NCBI GenBank assembly: GCA_964035545.1
Contig: OZ037767.1
Coordinates: forward strand, 5,348,707 to 5,412,706
Direction of reading: 5' to 3'
Length of the DNA stretch: 64,000 bases
From: Bugula neritina
Taxonomy: Eukaryota; Animalia; Bryozoa
Below, one piece after another: positions 1 to 12,805 of this stretch; the first letter of the stretch is position 1; every line of letters starts with the position of its first letter. The position numbers were made by a program, and so were the translations under genes. Below the pieces are notes generated by a model that made no database searches, had not been told where the DNA came from, and saw only the letters and a program-made list of their open reading frames with translations.

Positions 1-265
1 ATTATTTTCCTAAAATCTGAAATTAAAACATATAGGTATACAATTATAGAAATATAAAAATATGGTAGAAATGTATAAATCAAGAAATATTATATTGATG
101 TATAAGCATAGGAATGTAGAAGTCTAGTATAATTGATATATAAACGCAGAAAAATAGGATAATATAAATGTAGAAATATAAATACAGAAATATATAATAT
201 TATTACTATAGAAGCATTAAAAAACTATTTCTTCTGTTGCTACTTGCAGATATCCTATATCCAAT

Positions 266-693
266 ATGAAGTTTATTGCTTTGTTGATGATTACCGTCAT
301 AATCATTCCTATGAGTAAGTAAAGATGTTAAGAATGTCTCAGCAATGAACTCTAACTTGATAGTCACACAAGTTCTGCCTTCAATAATGATCATAATGAA
401 GGAAGACCAAATATAACTATCAAGTCTTAAGTTTAACTTTTGTCTCTTCTAAAGAAACCTTTAGCCATGATTAATAACGTTACCAACATTCATGTGAAAA
501 TTCTCTATTCAAAGTAAAATAATATGATAAAAATGTTAATTTTTTAGTTGAATACACAAGAGGTGTTAAATTCTTCCCAGATATTAAACTTACTGGAAGC
601 AAGAACAGTTGCAAAGATTTTTGTTATAGGAAAAGCTTTAAAACAGCCACATTTGGATACGGAGTTTGTATCTGTAGCCAAAAGTCATCATGA
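266..693 (+). CDS. Small secreted cationic cysteine peptide (defensin/CSab-like), 2 coding exons, 64 aa
   Basis: Exon 266-314 (MKFIALLMITVIIIPM, phase-1 donor A|gtaagt) joins exon 548-693 (acceptor ttttag|) giving IEYTRG-VKFFPDIKLTGSKNSCKDFCYRKSFKTATFGYGVCICSQKSS*. Hydrophobic signal peptide, CxxxC...GxCxC motif, AATAAA at 827-832, and an upstream acceptor ttgcag at ~249 implying a 5' UTR intron. Confidence 0.75.
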
Positions 694-1335
694 TCATTAC
701 CCTCATACCCACACCTGGCCTTTGGTTTACTAACACAGCTAGTATATAGGAGTACATTTTGTTTGTGTAAATTGAAAAGTTTGCATTTAATTTAATGTTT
801 CTTTGTCTTTCAACTAGTTATTAGACAATAAAGCATGTGATAGAATTAAATGAGTGTATTTTCTGTCTACTGTCATTTTGTCTAAGCTACTAGTTTAAAT
901 CATGTGAAATTAGGGAAAGATGTACACAAACAATGCGTGCATATGTTTAATCAAGAAAAATTATAGCTATAGAATTTATTTCTCTTATAAAATTAAATGA
1001 TTTTTTTCGTTCTTATGATATTGAAAGGCTAAACAAAACAGTACCAACTTCTTTGAGCAATATAAAATTAAATACATGTTTTCAAAATACTTACAAGTGA
1101 CAAGCTTGTTACTACATAATAAATATTTCTGACAAAATGACACCACATTTTTAAGTAGCCTATAGAACACTATACTTGGACCACTTGAATCTATGAATGT
1201 TAATCCAAGTTTGTTGATACAAATAGCTAACATTTCAGTTTATGCATTCAAAAGGACAATCAGAAGCTTTATTCAACATCCTAAACACTCGTAGTGACTA
1301 AAAGGTCTTTTCTTTTGCATATAGGTTGTTTCAGC

Positions 1336-4300
1336 TTAAACTGCCACAATTAAAATAATGAAAACTAATATTTTCATAATTCCTTGTGTAGTCAGCAGTT
1401 GAGATGGGCAGCTGTTTGCTATTTGGTTGATGATGTTCTGGACAGCATCTGCAGTAATGTTTGTATTCTCAAAGCTTATGATCCCCTTGCCTACAACAGA
1501 AATAACTATTCATTAAACAGCTGTGTTCTACTTCCCCAAAGTATTTTATACAATGCTAAGTTAAATATAAAAACATAAAAACTGCATTGAAAAAGTAATT
1601 TATCTCCCTTCACTTCTGTTATACTTGTTATATATTAAAAATTTTGCTCTAATGCGCTGTATTCATTAAGCTGTTCAACTTGGAGTATATTATCACAAAG
1701 AGAAATAAGAAGGTTCAAGAAATATATTTTATCTAATATTAGGTAATAGCATTCCTTTGACTATCTCTGGTGTTGCAAAATTTAAATAGTTGACCACATT
1801 ATAGGATGTTAACCAATCAAATGCATTTCACCATCGTGTTACCAGAAATCAGATGATTATACTCATAAAAACTGATTTTTGATAATAATTGAAGATCTAT
1901 ACAGCAACTGAAATAAAAGTTATAATCTTAAGTTGTAATTCACTATATCAACTATAGCTGAGAATAATTGATATAACAAAATATTCTACTCCATATTTCA
2001 CTTTTGCAAAAATAAGTTGTATGCTTTCTCACTGCATGCTTGAATTGGTGGTTATTGTTATACTTTAATCAACTGTGACACTACGATGTAAGCAATCTTT
2101 GAAAGTTGATATTGTTTTTGAAGCCTACCTTCCTTTGATTTATATTCATGGCTCCAAATTAAAATTTCATAACCAGTAATAAGCTTGATATAAACTTTCA
2201 GATCATAAGTTTCTGCTGTTTTTAGCACTAAGGCAAAGTTAGTAGTGTTGGGTGGTTTGTAGTTGCTCTCAAATCCGGTGTAGTTCAGCTTCAGTTGTGC
2301 TGTGCAAGCATCCAGCTTCTATAATAAATATTCAGCATAGAAATTATTTCAAACATCGGTTCGAGTTGGCAGAAAGCCAAGTCCTAGATCCTCTTAGTGT
2401 CTTAAAAATCTCTCTTTATATAGAGAAGAGCTTACCGCATGTCATGTCTATCACAATTGCTTATAATGAAATATTTTTAGGCTCATTGGTCTATTTAGCA
2501 AAATTAAATGTTTTTAAAATCAAATCATTATTACTTGGTTTACGATTAGTTATATTATTTAGCTTTGTAAACATATCAAAGTTCAGTAAATTGAGATAAA
2601 AACATATTTGTTGCAATTACATCGTCTATTTATTGATTCAAATAAATAGGAAACTTTGTGGAAGGATTTAAAACAGAGTTTTTGGAAAAATACAACCTTA
2701 TTAGAAAGTTTAGTAAATATTTAATATCAACTTACATAATTTTTGAATAAAGTTACAATGGCCCCCACTTCATCCTCTGCTGAACATATCCTGTACGTGT
2801 CCAGTTCAATCTTTTTTTCAGATTGACCTCGTCCTAGATATGATAAAAGTGGACTTGTGCAGATAATATGTATTAAAAATATTGAACACATTTTATAGAG
2901 TTGTTCTATAAGCAAGCTCTTTATATAGTCGGGTGACTGAGTGTAATAATTTGGGTGCTCAAGTTTGATGCTAGGTCCCTCAACTCCAAACTTGAGAGTC
3001 ACAAATTTTTACACTCAGTCACCTGCAACCCGAAGCTGCTTGTATAGGAAAATTTCATTTGACATGCATCTACCTTTGAAATTAGGCCATACTACTAACA
3101 AATAAATTTAACTTTTATTCTAAATATAATCAACAACCTTGTATTTAGCACCACTAGTTTGATGTTACGAATGTCATTTCATACTTATAATATACCTGCG
3201 CAGATTTGGACAGATGGTGAATATTTATCTTCAAGCAATTCTTCTCCTTGAAAGTTTCTCACTATCTGTACAGCAACATAGTATGGAATACTTGCATCTG
3301 GTAAACTGAGTAGTACTCTGTCAGTATCCACAGGTATGAAACTATCATGACATTCAACTTTATTGAGTAAGTCAGTGTCTGTAGCACAAACTACTCTGTA
3401 TCCAGCCACCACAACACTCTCCTCAGATGTAAGCTTTGCAGGAAGAGAAATCCAGATCTCACCTTCATCAAGGTCACCGTTGTAGTCTGGTGTAGGGGCA
3501 GATTGTAAGGCAATATATTCTGTAAAAGATGTCAATGGGTTACTTGAGTGTTCAATTGCTATGTATATAATACGTTTACTATAGAAGAATGAGATATCTA
3601 ACATGATTAAGAAAACAAGCCACAAATACTTTATGTGTATAGAATAATTTCTCAGTATAATTTCAAAATGGGAAATTATATGCATATCGAATTTTTCAAT
3701 CATTATTCAATACCAAGAAAAGCCGTCACATATTATAAATATATACTGAGATAATGATGTTGTTCATTTTATAGTTCATCTAAAAAGCCAATTCAATGTT
3801 CAATAACAAGTAGGTGCTCGTTTTAACATTTTAATAAAACTTTGAAAATACCACACAGCAACTTTTTGATATATTGCACCATATTTTTATAAACATAATT
3901 TTATTTCTTTTTATGCACATACATACATTGCTGGTATTGCTGCTTTAGAAAATACGTAAGAAGAGTAGGTTGTTGTAAAAAGCTTTTCAAAAAAATTGTA
4001 CAAAATGTAAGTCAGCCTTTAAAACATTTTCAGCTCGGAACAGAAATCTTGCAAACCTGAAATGTAGGCTTTTAGTGCTGCATTTTGTGATGAAACGGAT
4101 ACCAGGTTGTTGCAATCTCCTTCCCCACTGGCAGCTATTCCAAGGATGTCATTTTGTTTTATCACTTCTTTGTCATTCTGAACAAACTGAAATCTAGCTG
4201 CCGATGAACTGCTGCCTGGTTGAAGTAAGGTTACGCTAGTCGTCTCATAGTTGTCTGAGAAAACATTCCTCAAAATTTCTGCCGTGGTTACGGGGCAGTG

Positions 4301-7300
4301 TTGAACATTCGCTGACTGACTTATGTAATATTTCCAGCCGACTAAATATCCAGATACTGGTATTTTTAACGTTGGCAGCTTAAGATAATCTCTCCCTGTG
4401 GTGGCCCCTAAATCTTCAACAGTGTTGGGCGTGGTTGATGCCGAGGTACCTGTTCACAAAACAAATTGCAACGACTAATTTTTGCTTTTGACTATTTAGT
4501 TAAAAATAAGAAAATTATTTTTAATATGCACAGCAATTACACTACTTGGCTTTGTTGTTTAAATGCTATACACTTTGTTGTTAAATGCTATAAACTTTAA
4601 GTTTTATTTTGCATACAATAACTCTTTTATGCTAAAAATAGATAACACTGAGTAACTTATATCTGTAACTTATTATATACAAATAAATAGTGCCTAGGAG
4701 AGAGAGCCCAGGTCTAGAATGACCCAGGTCATAGGTTCAAGTTATTGGTGATGCCTAAAAAAGAGCCAAATTTTCTGCCAGTAATCAAAAGGTATTATGC
4801 ATTATAGGATTGAGGTTTTAAAGGGAAATAATGTGTAGCTTAGTCTCAATATTGCAAAGCCTTTTAATAATCACATGATCTTAATTAAATACAGTGTTAA
4901 AACAAAGTTGGTTCTAATTTATAGCCACGTATTTTTGATGAAATAGTTTTGTCTTACGAATGAGTTGCCAATGACGAAACCTGATAATACTTATATACGT
5001 TGTTTTTTCCAAATACTGAATTGACTGTGAAAATAAAAAAAAATAAAAAAAAGCATATATAAATGAATTTGTTAGATTTCAACTATTTGACTCTATGGTG
5101 ATCTAATTCTTTTTTGTTCTCTCAATAATTATTTTAAAAAGTAATAAACATTTATAACTCTGTTTTGACTCACTTTTATACCACGCTGGTATATTGTACA
5201 ACATAGTCTCTCTTTCACTTGAATCTAGGTCACCAGTCGCATCTTTGCTGTACATTTTACATTCATCAATGTTCTTACTTCTTGCTACAGAAATGCACTC
5301 TTGGTCACCTGTTCCAAGATGTCGGATACAATCTACCATGCAGTCGGCCACACTGGTGTGCTGTGTAGTTTTAAATGAGTCACCAGTGGCAGTTGTTTGT
5401 GGTCTCCACGGCAACCAAATTCCTTTAGTTTTAAAAGTACAAAAAATATGTAGTTTACCTCTTGGCTTTCTGTTTAATAATTTGTCATACTATCACCATT
5501 ATAGCAAATTAATTAAACCACTAGTTTAACGAAGTTCAATCTAGCTGCTGTGATAAGTGCGTGCCTTAATTCATGACCTATAAAATGATAACAGCTTATT
5601 ACCAAGCATATGTTTTGCAAAGTTAATTGATACTATCATACTATCTTACACTTCTACATACAGTATAATTGACTGTAAAATAATAAATTGGTACATATAT
5701 TTTACATAGCAACTAAGCTCAAAACTAATGTGAAGTAATCTACTCATGTCTCTAAAACTTGATTCCTGCAAATAAGCAATAGTATTCAAAAAAATAACTA
5801 TTACTTTACCATCGCAAGGAGGTCTGCTCATAGATATCCATCCCTGGACTGTTTCAAAACTAGCAGACGTTTCATCTTCTACTAGCAGTTCACACGTTCC
5901 CGTGTTTGGTTCATAGTTCGATGCTACGCATATAAATTCTAGTGCAGAAGAACAGAGTGATTTGCAGTGTGCCACACTAATTGCTGTCGTAGAACTAGTT
6001 CCACCGTATAGTGATGTCAATTTACCAGCGCGGATCTGCCACTGGCACAATAGATCAGAATCTATAGAAAAAAACAAATACTCTATCAATATAATAAAAA
6101 TTAAAAACAATATTTTAGGAAATGAATTCTTTAATTTGCTTTGAATTAGTAAGTCTTTACAATTATATTAAAAGTTTTGTTTCTGTTGATTACTATAGGG
6201 GAGCCACTGTGGTCTAGGGGTTAGAAGGTTTGCCTAGTAAGTACGAAGTCATGAGCAAAGGCCATTGGTGGTGAAAAGAAGAGCATCTAGTCATAATTGC
6301 TCTTGTGCCCCACCTGAATAAGTCCTTAGCCCGATTTAACAAAAACCTTTTCAGCATGTGTTTTCTCGCAAGGATAGCGACTAAAATTTCTTGTGTGAGT
6401 TTGTTTCTGTTGATTACTTGATATAGATTATACCTGCTGGGGGTGTGTATTCAAGGCTCCAAATTAGTATATCAAAGCCAGTAATTAGCTGTAAATACAT
6501 CTCCAAGTTGTATGGGGGCGTACTGTTTAAAGGGACGGCAATCGCAGTTGTGCGAGAAGAGTTGTAAAGTGTTTCCACGCCTTTATTCCTAAATTTGATG
6601 TTTCTTACACATTGATCTGAAGTCTGTAAGGCAGGAAGTAAATTATATGAATTATGTATTATAATATATAAGTAAACTTTGTTTTTGTGTTTTACAAAAG
6701 TTTTTTGTAACAGCTTTTTTAAAAACTGAATAGTTTGATATACAACAACAGATGATATTTCAATATCTCATTATATAAACAGTACAAAACCAACTATTAT
6801 AGATGCACTGAAATTACTTAGGATATTAAAAAACAGTTACATATATATTTATTACAAAAGTAAAATCTGAAACCAAATTTTTAATAGACACTAATAATTT
6901 ACAGCTATTTACTGAATGACTACCAAAATTTTTTTCTAAAAGGACTTTAAGAGTTGCGCTTCCCCGAAGCTCCATTCTCTATTATCCTATAAATATGAGG
7001 CTAAAAGTAGTAACTCTAAATTTTTTTAGGTTTTTAAGCAAATTTTTTTTGTTGACCAAAAATAGCATTGCTTTGTATAATTAGTATATAAGAATAATAA
7101 ATTTATGTTACAGTATACATATACATTGGGAAAAGTGTTTGCTTGGGCATAAATCACTCAATAGCTTATATATTAAAACTATTATTAGCCTATGATTTGT
7201 TATTAGAAAAATCCTAAAACTAATAGTTTTTTAATTTAGCTTTGTGCATGGTTATATAAGTATCGGTTGTACATTATACACAAGGAAACTATAAATAGAA

Positions 7301-9736
7301 AATAATCTTGACTTACAAAATCTTTTATCAATGTAATGAGTAGTTCATCATCTAATTTCACACCGTCTGCTGCGTTTTGACGATAATATCGAAGTTTAAT
7401 ATTCTTAAAGTCTTTTCGACCTACAAGTTTATAAATGTAGTAATAAACAGGCGTACTAACTCTATCTTATAAGCAAACAATGACAAACTACTATCAATAA
7501 ATGAAATAAAAGTGAAAAAAAGCATAATAAGGATGTGAAAAATAAAATATCTAGCTCCACACATTACCAAAAGCTTATTTAAGACATTCATAAAAATTGG
7601 TTTTTGCCAAAACATTATAAGTTACAATTTTTGACCAATTAAACTGGTGCCATGCATACAACTGAAATATTTCATACTGGAAAATATTTGCACTTAAAGA
7701 TATATCTTATATGAGTGCAAACTGAATCTTTTAGTGCAATGCTTTAACTTTTGCAAGACATTGTATAGCATACAATTTGAAAAGCTTAGTAGTACAAAAT
7801 AACTCATAATTGTTAATTGAACTTGATAGACAAAACACAGTTAAAATGATATATAAAGTTTTAGATCCATCATCATCTAACTACCAACCTGCGCAGATTT
7901 GGACAGATGGTGAGTATTTATCTTCAAGCATTTTTTTTCCTTGAAAGTTTCTCCCTATCTGTACAGCAACATAATATGGAATACTTGCATCTGGTAAACT
8001 GAGTAGCACTCTGTCAGTATCCACAGGTATGAAACTATCATGACATTCAACTTTATTGAGTAAGTCAGTGTCTGTAGCACAAACTACTCTGTATCCAGCC
8101 ACCACAACACTCTCCTCAGATGTAAGCTTTGGAGGAAGAGAAATCCAGATCTCACCTTCACCAAGGTCACCGTTGTAGTCTGGTATAGGGGCAGATTTTA
8201 AGGCTAAATATTCTGTAAAAAATCAGGTGGTTTCATGAAATTAATTGTTTTTCATATTTTACTCATTTTTAGAAATTATTCGACTAAGTTATGCGCAGAT
8301 AATCTACAACAAACTGCTAGTAAATTGCTGATTTATTGTATGAAACATAATTTGTATATTTTAGAAAATTATTATAGGTACCTATTGCGTTTAAAGTTTA
8401 CCTAACTTATCTAACTTATATTTAAAACGATTTTAAATCAACCCAATTCATTTAAAAACAATATTTTTCTTTTTTTAAGTGTATTGGAGACTTGGCAAAC
8501 ATATTTGTAGCTAACTCAGTTCTAAACTTGCAGAAACAAACTCTAGCTTGAGTAATTCTGAAGTTACTAACCAGATATATATGCTTTAATTGCTGCTTCC
8601 CCATATGTATTGTCAGCATTTCTAGACACTGATACCACGTTAGTGCAGTTTAACTTAGTTGGTGTTTTTGAAGATCCCAAGGCAATGGTGTCATCTTTCC
8701 TTACTCTTCCACTTGAAAACTGCTGAAAATTGAATCTGATCCCAGTATCAAGCTCGAAATATGATGATAGGCCATTGTGAATAGCGATATCGTATATTCC
8801 TGGCTCTTGTTCTGTTATGATTCTAGCATAACTGCTAGGACATCGATTGAGATCAAAAGGATCAGCTACATAAAACATCCATCCTACCAGATATCCAGAA
8901 ACTGGTAATTTCATTTGTTCAAAGATAATGTTACTTCGTTCATGAATTCTGGCGCCTAAGTCTATCATCCTAGCTTGTGATGAAGAACCTGCTGAGGTTT
9001 TACAATAATATTTAACAGTTCATTACACTACTATAACTGATTATTTTATGATATTAGCGTAGTCTACTGTAGTTATAAAGATCGAAAATAATGCAATGAG
9101 AAATTGTGTTAACTAGTTCAAACCAGAGCTTCATAAAATATTGAGCGAAACAATTATCGGCATACTACTATAAGAAATAAAAGATACTGCAATATTTTTC
9201 ATCTTAATTGGAAAATGCTGCTCGAAGGTGTTACACAGTTTGTATTATTCCTTACCTGAGTACCAAGGTGGTTTACCAAAGTATATTGAATCATCAGTTG
9301 AAGTAAATGAGTTGGAATTGCGTGAAAAACCGGACTGACGAATTTGAAGAGTACAGAATCGTCTATTTGCATCAGAAATTGTATGTAGTATATAACCACA
9401 GTTAGAGGCACTTTTCAAACAGGCAATAATGCACTCTTTAAATGTTGCTTCAAACATATTACCAATTTGAAGGTGAAAGCCTGACTGAACTCGTTTCCAT
9501 GGCAACCACATACCTAAAACAGGTACAGAGATCTAATTACAGCACAGTTGCAATGATTAAAACACTTTCTAAACATTGTACCTAACTTTTAGAGACTTAA
9601 CTACAGTTTATCTGGGGTTTGCGGTTGATGTGATAGAAAGTTTTATTTGAAGTTATATCAATTGTTTCAGTTTTATTCTGAATAATAAATTTTAAAGAAA
9701 GCCTCTCTCTCTCTTTCTTCTTTCTCTCTCTCTTTT

Positions 9737-9773
<37 letters not shown>

Positions 9774-9787
9774 GAAAGCCTCTCTCT

Positions 9788-9841
<54 letters not shown>

Positions 9842-11551
9842 TCGTATTCATTAGATTCAAATTAACTATACTAAAGCTACGCACCTTCACAGAGCGGTCT
9901 TCTATAATAGACCCATCGGGTTGCTAATGAACTGTCAGGGTTAACTAACAATTCATCTTCGAAGTAGATAACTTCACAAGACTTGTTTGAAGCCATGTAG
10001 TTTATTCCAGTACATACTGTATCTCTGTCCAGACTGGTGCACCAACCCTTACAGTCTGTAGGACTGTTTGCTAAATACAGGCCTGGCCATTGATATCGTG
10101 CAGCAAGTTTTCCACTTCCCATTTCCCACTCGCACTTTAAACTTGAACTTACTTCTGCAGCACATTATGAATAATAGAAATCAATTTATAATCAGCTATT
10201 GAATGCACTTTTAAAACTGCTGTGCATTTATTTAAAAGTTTTACTTATACCCAAGTAATAATTATTTAACAAAAATTCTGTGCCATAGTTGACTGGATAG
10301 AAAAACCTTTCACTTTACTAATTAGCTGTTTTCAGAAAATTAATAATTTTACCTCTACCTTTCAGTTGCTATGGTAACATATTTAGCTTACAATATTGAC
10401 AAATTTTCCAGCAAATTTGGCACGACTCTGATATTTTCTAAACCAACACTATCAAAAATATAGACAGCCTTTTGCAAATTATACATGTTGTTTATATGTT
10501 TCTTTAGAAAATAACCGAGCATATATAGGCATTAATTGAATGAGTTTATGCTCAATACATTTGGTAGCACCATAAGAATACACTTGACTTTCTGTAGATT
10601 CAAAATTGATAAAATTCTACACAAATTTAATTTATAGTGGTTACTCTGTTGTTTATTGTGAAAGAAATCCACGGCATATAACATCTAATGGTTGATAATA
10701 TTATGATGTTTTTTCAACTGTTTAACACAACCCTCTGCATTCTTGAACAAACTTTTAAATGCATAACTTAATACAACTTATTATGCAACAAAATTTAATT
10801 ATATAATTTTTCGTTATAATACACTATAACACAATAAGTTATAACATAATATAGGATGTAAATGACATAACGTGATGTAAGATATTATAGTATAACATAT
10901 AATATGATGTAATATAATGTATTGCGTACTACATTATAATGTAATATACAATAAACTAATGTGATACGTACAATACATTATAATATAATATCCTATATAA
11001 TAAAACATATTACAATATAATGATTTATAATATATATGAGACACAGTAATGTATTGCAGTATACATAATATACATGTTACAATATTATATAAGTCAATGC
11101 GGTGTAATAAAGCGAACAGAATGAAATATATCATAAAATAATATATAATATAAAGCTTAACATACACTAGCTATGAAACATATAGTGAATAATATACAAT
11201 GTATTATTGTATTATGCACTAATATAGTTAAAACTTACACTGCAGTAAATAATTGTTATAGACTAGTCTATGTATTAATATAACTAATTTTAGTAGAATG
11301 TTTTACTATACCTTTCTGTATTATTTATACATACTAATGTAGTATAGAAAAGCATGAAAATCTTAACAAATCTTTGGACACATTAGTAACATTTGTTTAA
11401 CTTGTCTACAATATATTAGATGAGTAAAACAATTTTAAATTCTCAACTATATAAAAAGTAATAGACATATTTTTTAGAATCTTTAAACTTATATAATACC
11501 TGACAAGCATAGGATCGTCAGGGTTATGGAAGTCAGCATATTAAGCTGCAT
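1336..11551 (-). CDS. Secreted, probably GPI-anchored protein with 4 PAN/Apple domains: signal peptide + 2x[PAN-PAN-unknown beta domain-FN3-like-FN3-like] + hydrophobic C-tail, ~1091 aa
   Basis: 14 exons with canonical sites and matching phases: 11500-11551 (MQLNMLTSITLTILCLS), 9885-10154, 9256-9513, 8572-8988, 7889-8212, 7317-7420, 6434-6623, 5810-6061, 5174-5422, 4057-4449, 3196-3519, 2736-2833, 2129-2318, 1336-1490 (ends IMKILVFIILIVAV*). Sum is 3276 nt, in frame. PAN motif examples: CKSLCSSALEFICVASNYEPNTGTCEL and CIIACLKSASNCGYI. The FN3-like calls are tentative. Confidence 0.85.
6198..6400 (+). mobile_element. tRNA-derived SINE copy with target-site duplication
   Basis: Head gggagccactgtggtctaggggttaga (A-box-like), shared core cattggtg...gaagagcatctagtcataattgctcttgtgcc, 3' end ...tgtgtgagt. 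Flanked by a direct repeat ttgtttctgttgattact at ~6177-6194 and 6401-6418. Confidence 0.8.
9692..9843. repeat. (TC)n microsatellite with an internal duplication
   Basis: Long TC tract; the leader ttaaagaaagcctctctct occurs twice (~9692 and ~9769). Confidence 0.9.
10790..11260. repeat. Degenerate AT-rich short-period (about 5-mer) low-complexity tract
   Basis: Recurrent ataac/atata/atgta-type pentamers in intron 1 of the PAN gene. Confidence 0.5.
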
Positions 11552-12657
11552 TGTCGGGCCGCGATAGCATCTGCCAGCAGACGTATTAGTATTCTTCTGA
11601 AACATGGTACATAACTCTTACACCCTATAATTTAGATTCCTAACAGGCAATGTGTTTCATATAACATGAGCTGTTCTTACGGAAGGTGGCTAGTCGATTA
11701 TTTACCTTCAAGTCAAACAACCGCTATAATTAAAAAGGAACATTGTTATATGGCTTTAACTATAATAGGCTGTATGAGAAGTAAAGAAATATCATGAGAA
11801 TTTGTTGTTAAAATAGAAGCAATAGTTGGTATAGCTAGCTATAATATATGTCATGTACTATATTATGCTATTTGCTTTAAATCTCAACTGTATACATTTT
11901 TTCAACTTTTATTAGTGTCAATATAAAAGCTTTCTATGCTCACGCAGAGCATGTACTAAGTTTAATAATTTTAACATTCATAAATAACAGTATATTGGAC
12001 TTTTATTATTACTAAGAATGATTGTCATTGTTTAACTTAAAAACCCCGATAACATTGTTACTTGCCATGTAGCCCTGTGCAGTAAATTCATTATGTATAA
12101 AATTATAAAATAATGCTATCATGTGCAATGATAGCTCATACACAGTCACATTTAATTATTTTTGCTAGAAACTTATATAAACTGCAATCAAATCCAAGTT
12201 ATAGTCAAGTAGTCAATTTACTATTTAAACCTCCATTTTACAATTTATTTCTGATTTAAAATAATGACTGCATAACACATTTGCGTGCAGCTTACAATTG
12301 TAGTAAAAATATGCAATTCATTAAAAAACTATGTAAAATACACAATATGTGTGAGTAATTAATATAATGTATAATAAAATTTCACTTACCACTATGTAAT
12401 AACAAAAATAGTAAAATCTGTCATATGGTATAAGTGATTAGTATTCTATTACTTATATTATGTTATATAACTAGTTTTTATCCTTCTCTATTGTTGAACA
12501 TTTTTGTGATTTTTCAAACTATAAGATTGTTGTTCTTTTAAAAAGCAAAAAAATTATATAAAAAGAGATGAAAAACTAAATGTTGTTAACAGCTTATTAC
12601 AATTTTTTCATGTTATGTAATATATTACACCATAACATCATTATTTAGGTAAAATGA

Positions 12658-12693
12658 CACACACACACGCACGCACGCACGCACGCACGCACG
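12658..12693. repeat. (CA)n/(GCAC)n microsatellite
   Basis: cacacacacacgcacgcacgcacgcacgcacgcacg. Confidence 0.9.
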
Positions 12694-12805
12694 AACAAGT
12701 ATGTTATCTAATACAAGGTATTGCATTGTATTATATATGAAATATAATATAATATACATGGTATTATAAAGTCTATTTTAGTACTCTCTCGGCTCAAGAA
12801 AGCAG

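Noticed and set aside
206-733. ORF-track entries 206-394 (-) and 548-733 (+)
   Set aside because: Wrong strand or frame. The spliced plus-strand model (266-314 + 548-693) explains the region with a signal peptide and a Cys motif.
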